Below, in pieces: positions 48,265-55,679 of a stretch of DNA of 64,000 bases. The translations under genes were made by a program, and so were the position numbers. The notes beneath the pieces were generated by a model, which was not told the DNA's origin, made no database searches, and was given only the letters and a program-made list of their open reading frames with translations. Numbering within the stretch: the first letter of the stretch is position 1; each line of letters opens with the position of its first letter. This DNA comes from a virus: positions 100,798 to 164,797 of IMG/VR virus record IMGVR_UViG_3300026521_000466; one strand, given 5' to 3'.

Positions 48265-49408
48265 CTTCTTCGCCCCATAAACGGACCACTACATCATCAC
48301 CATTAAAAAGACCCGAATCTTCAACTTGCACAGTCTCTACATTAATTGGGGTTTCCACCAACTCAAAATCATCGTCTTTGTTATCCTCATGGCTTGCAAA
48401 GTCTCTGTATTTATTTTCCGGAATAGATTCAATATCTTCGGAAGTGGGTTTTTGAGGTTTAACATCAGGGACATATTCTTGAAGATAGTCAGCCTCCACA
48501 TCAGCGGAATTGTCTTCACTGTCGAGAAAAAGGAAGTCTTCACCAGACTCTTCAATTATAACTATGCCTGATGTATTATCATCAGTAAGCCCAATACACA
48601 ATGACGGATGTTCTGTCAATTCAAAGTCATCAACCTCTATTTCTACATCAGCATGATCAGAAACATTATCTTCCGATCTCTCAATGCTCTCTGCATCACA
48701 CTCAGTCGATACATCAGAACTATTTTCTTCACTCGTTTGTTCTTCAACATCTACATCACAAAGCTCTCCTAGCACTTCATCTTCATCATTACATACACCG
48801 GATTCTTCAGCCGTTTCTTCTACGGCCTCTTCTGCATTGTCGCCTGGTTCTTCCTGCACAAGTTGGAACTCATCAGATGTCCCGTTTGCAGCAATGAATG
48901 TAGCACCAGCCTCGAGAAGAACTATAATGGTAGCATCGCTAAGTTTCTCCTCGATAATAAAATGACTGAATCCTTTTTCAAGGAGTTCAGTTGCTCTTTT
49001 AGGATGCAACTGTTTGAGTTTCTTTGTGGTAGTCTCTTTAACTGCTTCCTCTTGCGGCTTTCCCGCAAATCTACCCTCTTCCATAGCGCCAGTTGACTGG
49101 GCACCCCAGATCTTTTTCATCTGTTTTTCCATTTTTATACTCTCCTTATCTATTGTTTTAAGAACAGAAGCATTGTTGCTCAATGCCTTGATATCCTCAT
49201 AGAACTTATCAACTCTCTCTTTTGAAATAGCGTACTTTTTTGCCAATCTTGTCCATGTCTTCACAAACTCTTTTAGAAGAAGAGTGTCTATCTCTCCCTC
49301 TGTTTTAAGAGCTAACTCAGCCTCATCAATACCATCGAGAGCATCGTTGTATACGCTCTCAATGTACCGACTATCCATATAGATGACCATACTGTCTTTG
49401 ATACCCAT
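48254..49408 (-). CDS. Protein with highly acidic, low-complexity C-terminal half
   Basis: D/E-rich from about aa 180; AAGGAG RBS. Confidence 0.75.
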   Translation of the reverse strand: MGIKDSMVIYMDSRYIESVYNDALDGIDEAELALKTEGEIDTLLLKEFVKTWTRLAKKYAISKERVDKFYEDIKALSNNASVLKTIDKESIKMEKQMKKIWGAQSTGAMEEGRFAGKPQEEAVKETTTKKLKQLHPKRATELLEKGFSHFIIEEKLSDATIIVLLEAGATFIAANGTSDEFQLVQEEPGDNAEEAVEETAEESGVCNDEDEVLGELCDVDVEEQTSEENSSDVSTECDAESIERSEDNVSDHADVEIEVDDFELTEHPSLCIGLTDDNTSGIVIIEESGEDFLFLDSEDNSADVEADYLQEYVPDVKPQKPTSEDIESIPENKYRDFASHEDNKDDDFELVETPINVETVQVEDSGLFNGDDVVVRLWGEEDEE

Positions 49409-49420
49409 ATTTATCTCTCC

Positions 49421-49849
49421 TTACACAAGTATTTTTCTATTTACCAACACCCAGTCATTAGCGTGCATGTCATCTACAGTAGGAACATATATCGTATCCC
49501 AGTATTTACAGGACCTGATAATATTTCCGCTTGACTCTCTTACAGCAAATTCATTGGGGAACCATCCTTCTCTAGCAACTAGAAGATTAGTATCATTTAT
49601 AAAAGTCATCGCCTGTTCATAATTGAATGGCTCAAAGTCAACTTGTTGGTCAAACGCCTTTTTGATAATTTTTTTCATCTTATCAATATCTGCGCTCACT
49701 GGTATATCCACATATACCTTTTTATCATTCATAACTGCAATAACACTAAAATAGTTATCACTAAACGCTACTTGCTTATTTATAAATAAGTAAATCCCAT
49801 CGCCTATCAGTTTAGCATAGGCCTTTAACTCTTCAATTTCAACTATCAT
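49421..49849 (-). CDS. DUF2829 / Tad2-like domain protein with N-terminal extension
   Basis: FNYEQAM.......VAREGW...YVPTVDDMHANDWVLV matches the DUF2829 pattern F..AL.......VAR.GW...PS..D.LA.DW..V. Confidence 0.75.
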   Translation of the reverse strand: MIVEIEELKAYAKLIGDGIYLFINKQVAFSDNYFSVIAVMNDKKVYVDIPVSADIDKMKKIIKKAFDQQVDFEPFNYEQAMTFINDTNLLVAREGWFPNEFAVRESSGNIIRSCKYWDTIYVPTVDDMHANDWVLVNRKILV

Positions 49850-49887
49850 CTTTTTCCTTTCGTTTAATTAATATTTTTTAACTTTTT

Positions 49888-50277
49888 TTATCTGGATATG
49901 TTAATGTGTACAAGTTCGTCTATTGTAATCCGATATTCCTCAGTCTCTTCTACATTCGAGAATACCAGTTTGTTATTTTCAACTATATATGCTGAATTTT
50001 GAGATGGGGCTATAATGGCTATGGGCTTAGAACCCATATCTTTTACAAAATACCCTATTAACTCAACATCCTCAACCTGCCCATAGATAACAAAAGTATT
50101 ATCTGTAACAATAACCGGCTTACCCTTAACTGTAGGTGATACTATAGTCTTCTTAAAAACACCTTTCTGCATCTTAGCATTTAATGTCGATACAGTGAAC
50201 GATTCAAGTCCATATGGGTTATGGACCTCGAGCAAGTCACACCTCTGATTGTTTGTTTTATTTGCTTGGATTCTCAT
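49888..50277 (-). CDS. Hypothetical protein
   Basis: GGAG RBS. Confidence 0.65.
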   Translation of the reverse strand: MRIQANKTNNQRCDLLEVHNPYGLESFTVSTLNAKMQKGVFKKTIVSPTVKGKPVIVTDNTFVIYGQVEDVELIGYFVKDMGSKPIAIIAPSQNSAYIVENNKLVFSNVEETEEYRITIDELVHINISR

Positions 50278-50758
50278 TGAGCTCTCCTTCTACTGTATTC
50301 TCTTTTGCGTCTACACATACCTCTTTTGTAATAATACTATCGATATGTGATTTAAATGGCACCAGCTCTTTGTTAACATCAGTGAGCTTCAAGTCGCCAT
50401 CTTTTACCTCGAACAACATGCCATTACTGATAAGTACATCACCCTCTCTGAATAACACACCATAAACATACGAATTTTTCATATATGATTTTGGAGTTAA
50501 TATTTTCATTACAGTGAGCATGTTATTATCTGCACCGACCATCGTATCAGAGTCAACAATGACCAACATTGAATCAATGTATTCTCCACGGACATCAAAT
50601 ACAAGTTGTTTATCATGTCCGTTAATTGCATCTATGGCAATGGTGTTTTCACCAATCACACCTTTTAAAACGGGCTTTCCATAAGCCTTTAGGTCTTGGA
50701 CACCATCTAGTTTAAACGCTGGATGCGTCTCGAATATTTTCACGTTATTATATGTCAT
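50258..50758 (-). CDS. Hypothetical early protein
   Basis: AAGGAGG RBS; first gene after the promoter. Confidence 0.7.
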   Translation of the reverse strand: MTYNNVKIFETHPAFKLDGVQDLKAYGKPVLKGVIGENTIAIDAINGHDKQLVFDVRGEYIDSMLVIVDSDTMVGADNNMLTVMKILTPKSYMKNSYVYGVLFREGDVLISNGMLFEVKDGDLKLTDVNKELVPFKSHIDSIITKEVCVDAKENTVEGELNENPSK

Positions 50759-50784
50759 ACCTAACCTCCTTATGACTTTTTAGT

Positions 50785-50837
50785 TAGCTTTACAGCACCT
50801 AAGCGTATCCATTATAATAATATATAAAAGAAAAAAA
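50785..50837 (-). promoter_or_regulatory. Early-type promoter plus leader motif
   Basis: Minus strand reads TTTTTTTCTTTTATATATTATTATAATGGATACGCTTAGGTGCTGTAAAGCTA. Confidence 0.8.
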
Positions 50838-50853
50838 CCCTCTCAGGCATTAT

Positions 50854-51303
50854 ATGATACTTAACAACAAACAAGAAATATTAATTGATATTAAAAAAGG
50901 GAAAAACATGAAAATTAAATTTGTTTATAAAATTATACCAGTTGCAGTGTTCTATACAGATTTCCTAGTCGATAAGAACCTTGATGGGAAAAACCTCGGT
51001 CTCTTTATAGTCATACGTCCAAGATGTAAAGATGATATCCAATTATTAAACCATGAACTTATACATACTAAACAGTTATTTAGAATGGGTTTAACATCAT
51101 GGATATTTATGGCACTTAGCGAAAAATGGAGAATTAAATTAGAATTAGAAGCATACCTAAATACTCTTGGATGTAATAGACACATGCAAAGATTTATAAC
51201 CAATACTCTTAGCAAAAACTATAAAATAAAAAAATACACAAAAGATGATATAAAAAAAATTATAAAAGAAGAATGTGAAAAGATGAAGTTGTGTGGGAAA
51301 TAA
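50854..51303 (+). CDS. Small HExxH zincin-like protein (true start probably MKIKF)
   Basis: LNHELIHTKQ and ELEAY; CACACAAC terminator hairpin follows. Confidence 0.65.
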   Translation: MILNNKQEILIDIKKGKNMKIKFVYKIIPVAVFYTDFLVDKNLDGKNLGLFIVIRPRCKDDIQLLNHELIHTKQLFRMGLTSWIFMALSEKWRIKLELEAYLNTLGCNRHMQRFITNTLSKNYKIKKYTKDDIKKIIKEECEKMKLCGK

Positions 51304-51319
51304 CCCACACAACTCAATA

Positions 51320-52156
51320 TTATTTTTTTCTAAGTATAACTTTGGTTATACTAGATAAGTCTATATCATTATCTGTAAGATATTCAATAGTTAAACTTGC
51401 AAATAAATATTTGCTATATCTTCCCTTTCCTTCTAACATAACTATATTTTTAAATATATGATTTGGGAAGTACGCCCAATCACCAGTGAGCTCCCACAAA
51501 TTACTGCCACATGATGCAACAAAATATTCATCAGATTTCTTTTCAATAATAAAATCGTCATGACATGTTCCTGCTGAATCAAAAACGATAAGAGTATTAT
51601 CATTTACAGAAAATGAAAGCTCCTTTTGCAATTTATACTTGACAGCCGTTGCCCGTTTCCTAATTGTTTTAATAACACTCTTCTTCTGCTTTTTATCCCT
51701 AGTCCTCTTCTCTTTCTTAATGACCAATCTTGAACTAGGGTATGATACATCAAGTTCCTTACATAGTAATTCTGATATGCTTAACACAATAGGCGCATAC
51801 TTATTGCATCTTACCTCATTTATTTCATCTGGAATATACTGCTTAGCATGAAACAGCTTAAAATGGTCCGATGGAGGTATTGTAGATGCTAACAGAAAGA
51901 TAAACTCATCCACTACATCTTCTATCTTTAAACTGCCTCCTGTTGACTCTGACCATATTTTTTTAGTTAGTTCAGTTACTTTCTTCAAAGACTTATTTCC
52001 AACTTTTACTTCAAAACCTCTTATTCCAGAACCATATTTCCTAGCATAATATTTTGATTTATCGGTATGTTCATCTACATTATCTAGTATAGTCTTCATC
52101 AATATAGCAAGCACCATATGATGTCTTACATATTTTGGTATTTTTTCATATTTCAT
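51320..52156 (-). CDS. Hypothetical protein
   Basis: 278 aa ORF with a basic linker. Confidence 0.7.
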   Translation of the reverse strand: MKYEKIPKYVRHHMVLAILMKTILDNVDEHTDKSKYYARKYGSGIRGFEVKVGNKSLKKVTELTKKIWSESTGGSLKIEDVVDEFIFLLASTIPPSDHFKLFHAKQYIPDEINEVRCNKYAPIVLSISELLCKELDVSYPSSRLVIKKEKRTRDKKQKKSVIKTIRKRATAVKYKLQKELSFSVNDNTLIVFDSAGTCHDDFIIEKKSDEYFVASCGSNLWELTGDWAYFPNHIFKNIVMLEGKGRYSKYLFASLTIEYLTDNDIDLSSITKVILRKK

Positions 52157-52157
52157 A

Positions 52158-52937
52158 CTATCCCCTATTTAATTCCTTTTTAGTTATTACACAACTAAGC
52201 TTACCTCCAGAGATATATACCACATTCTTTTTATTGTAGAGTAGACGCTCTGAATTACTGACTATAAGCTCTCCGCTATCCTCTCGCTCTCTTTTTTTAA
52301 GCATGTCCCATATAACAATGGCTAACTTATCATACTGATGGTCAAGGTAGATATGTGGCAAACAAAACGACCTAAATATCACACTGATATCGCCCTCTAA
52401 GTCATCGGTTGAGATACCTTTTTTAGGAATGTAACTATTAAACAGTCCAATATGATGAAAACGTTCAATCTGTTGCATGGTAGCTCCATTATACAATAGA
52501 TTGACAATCATCTTTTCTTCATACGATAATTGCCCAGCGACATCTATGACATAGATTTTATGTAATGTCGGTATGTGTAGGTCGCACATCATTGATAACT
52601 CATCAGCACCGGACATTCCAGTAAATGATTGAGTGTATGAAGAAGAATCACCTGAATTATCAACCTTATCGTCTGTCAATTCAACATCATTACTATCAGA
52701 TTCATTGCTCACATCAGCAATAGACTTTTCAAGTTTATATATTGTATTAATAACAGTGCCAACATCCGGTTTAACTGTATCATAATCATCATATCCATTA
52801 GATACCTCTCTGTTTATCTCCACCATACCACTATTATATCTCAACATGACATTGTCAAGATATAAATCATCTACCTCTAATCCACAGTTTATCGAGTATA
52901 TCCAATCAGCCACATGTTTTATATCTGTATTTTTCAT
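52158..52937 (-). CDS. Hypothetical protein
   Basis: 259 aa ORF with GAGGAG RBS. Confidence 0.7.
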   Translation of the reverse strand: MKNTDIKHVADWIYSINCGLEVDDLYLDNVMLRYNSGMVEINREVSNGYDDYDTVKPDVGTVINTIYKLEKSIADVSNESDSNDVELTDDKVDNSGDSSSYTQSFTGMSGADELSMMCDLHIPTLHKIYVIDVAGQLSYEEKMIVNLLYNGATMQQIERFHHIGLFNSYIPKKGISTDDLEGDISVIFRSFCLPHIYLDHQYDKLAIVIWDMLKKREREDSGELIVSNSERLLYNKKNVVYISGGKLSCVITKKELNRG

Positions 52938-53935
52938 TTCTTCTCCTCTATTTTAAATTTATGCTTTGGTTTCCCTATTTTATAATAATCCATCATATCA
53001 TCAATGACATTGGACAGATTATCATATTCATCATCCATGTTAAATTTCTTAACGATGTCTTGGAGTGAATATGCCATAGATAAATTATAATGCTTAAGTA
53101 TATTCACATATAATGTATCACTGTAATCTGTGCCGTACCCAACTTGAAATTCAAACAGACCTAAATCACCATCGTCTGTAATATAAAAATCAAACGAGAG
53201 GGATGCAGCCATTGTATTGTTGTACATATATCTGTTTATACGGTCTATTATCTCTAACATCTGTTTACGATAATACAGTGGTAATTTATTAGTCAATTCC
53301 TCAAAACCATCATACTCGGTGCGACTTGTCGTTACGTCACTGCCTTTCAATTTTTGAGATATATAACCATGTCTTATATCACCGCACATATACCGCGCAT
53401 CCGATCTAAACGTTATCACCCGATACTCTTCTTTTATTGGTAGTATCTCTTGAATAACACCTTTCAATTCGCTAAAACTTCTAATGCCTGATTCATCATA
53501 CTCACCCACTGACTTGCCCTTAAGAGATTCTTCCAACTCACTTATGCTATAATTATAACTATTGTATAAAAATTTCGCATCTATCTTAAAGATATCTTCT
53601 GAGTTAGCAGAGTCAAACGGTTTAAATAGAAATTCTCTATCTTCAAAATAGTTAGAGATTGTTAATATATCTGATCTCTGACGAACAGTGAATGTGGTCG
53701 GAATAGGTATTTTCAAATGATGCATTAAAGAGTACATCTTCTCTTTAGCATAATATTGCAAATCCCCAATATACACCAAAAACGGATGGTGTCCATCTGA
53801 AAAGATAACCTCTCCAGACTTTTGATTATTTGGAATTGCATTATTATTTAATTCCATAAAATACCTTGTATCTAAAAAGTACAGCCAATTCGACCCAGCT
53901 AAACCAATGATCTTTATTTTATTAAATCCTGACAT
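52934..53935 (-). CDS. ATP-grasp fold protein (RimK-like, divergent)
   Basis: K...Y..M....IPIPTTF, LFKP, VIQEIL...EEYRV, SFDFY..DDG....FE. Confidence 0.7.
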   Translation of the reverse strand: MSGFNKIKIIGLAGSNWLYFLDTRYFMELNNNAIPNNQKSGEVIFSDGHHPFLVYIGDLQYYAKEKMYSLMHHLKIPIPTTFTVRQRSDILTISNYFEDREFLFKPFDSANSEDIFKIDAKFLYNSYNYSISELEESLKGKSVGEYDESGIRSFSELKGVIQEILPIKEEYRVITFRSDARYMCGDIRHGYISQKLKGSDVTTSRTEYDGFEELTNKLPLYYRKQMLEIIDRINRYMYNNTMAASLSFDFYITDDGDLGLFEFQVGYGTDYSDTLYVNILKHYNLSMAYSLQDIVKKFNMDDEYDNLSNVIDDMMDYYKIGKPKHKFKIEEKK

Positions 53936-53963
53936 AAAACTCTCCTTTCATTTTATATGTCTC

Positions 53964-54006
53964 ACACCTAAGTAGTGTCTATTATAATAATATACAAAAG
54001 AAAAAA
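53964..54006 (-). promoter_or_regulatory. Early-type promoter plus leader motif
   Basis: Minus strand reads TTTTTTCTTTTGTATATTATTATAATAGACACTACTTAGGTGT. Confidence 0.8.
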
Positions 54007-54020
54007 CTTATAAGAGGGAG

Positions 54021-54539
54021 TTACTTCTCCCTCCTCATCGCTTTTAAAACTTCTTCTTCCGAGGCTCCCAAAAATTTTAAAAGAGAGAACCTAGTATTTA
54101 TAGTCTTTTTAATTATATCAAAAGGTTCAATCTCCCTAATATTAAAATCAAGAATATCACTTATTTTAATATCGTTCTTTAACTCCTTTATTGAATTTTT
54201 GCCCGGACTTTGAAGTAGGTCTATATATTCAGACTCACTACATCTACGCTTAAACTTTTTATACTCCTTAGCATTCATATCCAATGCCATACAATTAAAA
54301 TCACGGCATATGTTTGGTCTATGATCATAAATACTACACATACCATCATCCATCATCATAGGGCATATGATTCTATTATTCTGAAACGAATCAATCATAA
54401 CATACTCTACATCGCCTACTGTAGAGTGCGCCATTGGAACATCCACCTTTGCATCCCTAAATCTTTTGATATCTTCAAGCACCAATTCAACAGGTTGTAG
54501 ACAACAACCTTTTAACGTGCACTTATCACATGTAAACAT
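54021..54539 (-). CDS. YkgJ-family (CxxCxxxxCC) cysteine-cluster protein
   Basis: FTCDKCTLKGCC ... CPMM..DG.CSIYDHRPNICRDF. Confidence 0.82.
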   Translation of the reverse strand: MFTCDKCTLKGCCLQPVELVLEDIKRFRDAKVDVPMAHSTVGDVEYVMIDSFQNNRIICPMMMDDGMCSIYDHRPNICRDFNCMALDMNAKEYKKFKRRCSESEYIDLLQSPGKNSIKELKNDIKISDILDFNIREIEPFDIIKKTINTRFSLLKFLGASEEEVLKAMRREK

Positions 54540-54582
54540 TTTACACTCCTTTTATTTGTATACGCCATAATAATATGCAAAT

Positions 54583-54620
54583 AAAAAAAGATACAGAACC
54601 CTCACTAGAGAGTCCTGTAT
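54583..54620 (-). terminator. Terminator closing the ncRNA/tRNA unit
   Basis: Minus strand reads ATACAGGACTCTC-TAGT-GAGGGTTCTGTAT-CTTTTTTT. Confidence 0.75.
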
Positions 54621-54650
54621 GTATTGTCCATGGGTAGAGATAAATCTCTG

Positions 54651-54707
54651 TGGAGGAGCATATGTTGCTATACCCTAACTGGTCATCTGCAACGCCGGGC
54701 TCCTCCA
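54651..54707 (-). ncRNA. Small structured RNA candidate
   Basis: TGGAGGAGC/GCTCCTCCA outer stem and GTTGC/GCAAC inner stem. Confidence 0.45.
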
Positions 54708-54722
54708 TCAAAATTTATTAAT

Positions 54723-54823
54723 AGGATGTCCAGAGTCAATTCTCTGGTTAGGCAATTTATATCGCGTGTGCCTTACGGTCACGGGACGCTCCCTGCGAGT
54801 TGGGTTCCTATCTCCCACATCCT
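54723..54823 (-). ncRNA. Cloverleaf-like structured RNA candidate
   Basis: AGGATGT/ACATCCT closing stem with arms GGG/CCC, GGGA/TCCC, AGGCA/TGCCT and CCAGAG/CTCTGG. Confidence 0.5.
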
Positions 54824-54974
54824 TATAACAACCGCTTGTAGCTAGCGGCCATTACCGGCTATTAGTGTATCAGCTACTTTCACTCTGCAACTACTAAACC
54901 GAAGTTTTCAATCACCACTCCACAACATATTAATAAATATGTAATATCTATGTAGTGAAACATCAGTATTTCAT

Positions 54975-55025
54975 CGGGCCTCCCGATGGAATCGAACCAT
55001 CTTTGCGATACGACCTTGAGGAGGC
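54975..55025 (-). ncRNA. Minimal tRNA-like RNA (acceptor stem plus T arm only)
   Basis: GCCTCCT/GGGAGGC acceptor stem, GATGG-TTCGATT-CCATC T arm, 17-nt linker in place of the D and anticodon arms. Confidence 0.6.
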
Positions 55026-55031
55026 ATAAAT

Positions 55032-55108
55032 TGGTGGGTTGTCAGAGACTCGAACTCTGGACCGCCCGGTTATGAGCCGGGAGCTCTGACCAACTGAGCT
55101 AACAACCC
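55032..55108 (-). tRNA. tRNA with CAU anticodon (elongator Met or Ile2), encoded CCA
   Basis: GGGTTGT-TAGCTCAGTTGGTCAGAGC-T-CCCGG-CTCATAA-CCGGG-CGGTC-CAGAG-TTCGAGT-CTCTG-ACAACCC-ACCA; G1-C72 pair argues against initiator. Confidence 0.95.
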
Positions 55109-55132
55109 AAAAAATAAGAACGGCTGTATTCT

Positions 55133-55553
55133 CCTAAGTCGGAGGTCACATATACACACCGTCGATGCATATGCCAAGTCATGTATTTAACCTTATAACG
55201 TACCAATCTTCTAACACTCATGACAATATGCGCGATTGGATTATTACGTGCCTCGGGACAACACCAATTGTCCATTACGTACCCTCCGAGTTTTTACCCG
55301 AGAAATCAGGAGGGTTTACGACGCCTAGTGTCATAGATACAATATCTATTATAATCACGAGTTACCTCAATGACCTTTTCGACTACTGAACAACAAGTGT
55401 ATTTCGCCGAACACCAGGAATTTTGCGTGCATCCGCACTACCACGTTTTCACATGGAGGAACTCACGATATCCCAAATGATAAACTTATACACAATGTGA
55501 TTTCGCTTATCATTCCCATAGACTGCTCACCATATCTATATAATAGACTTAGG
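55133..55553 (-). ncRNA. Large (~420 nt) multi-helix structured RNA candidate
   Basis: Long-range CCTAAGTC/GACTTAGG and GTCG.AGGTCA/TGACCT..TCGAC pairings, many local stems, no convincing ORF. Confidence 0.55.
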
Positions 55554-55639
55554 CTTCTTTGTGTTTTACATATCTCTCCCTATGGCGAGTAGATATAACC
55601 ATTTTAAGTATTGGAACTAAACATACCTACATATGTTCA

Positions 55640-55662
55640 CATTAATAATATACAAATAAAAA
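55640..55662 (-). promoter_or_regulatory. Early-type promoter heading the ncRNA/tRNA unit
   Basis: Minus strand reads TTTTTATTTGTATATTATTAATG. Confidence 0.7.
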
Positions 55663-55679
55663 TATTTGTAAATTAAAAC

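Noticed and set aside
54624-55389. Plus-strand ORFs 54624..54845 and 55165..55389
   Set aside because: No RBS, atypical composition, and they lie opposite a minus-strand promoter/tRNA/terminator unit; better explained as structured RNA.
55110-55560. RNase P or tmRNA identity for the large RNA
   Set aside because: GAGGAAC and AGAACGGCT resemble P4 halves but are in the wrong order, and no tmRNA-like GGGG...TCCACCA ends were found. Left unassigned pending cmscan.
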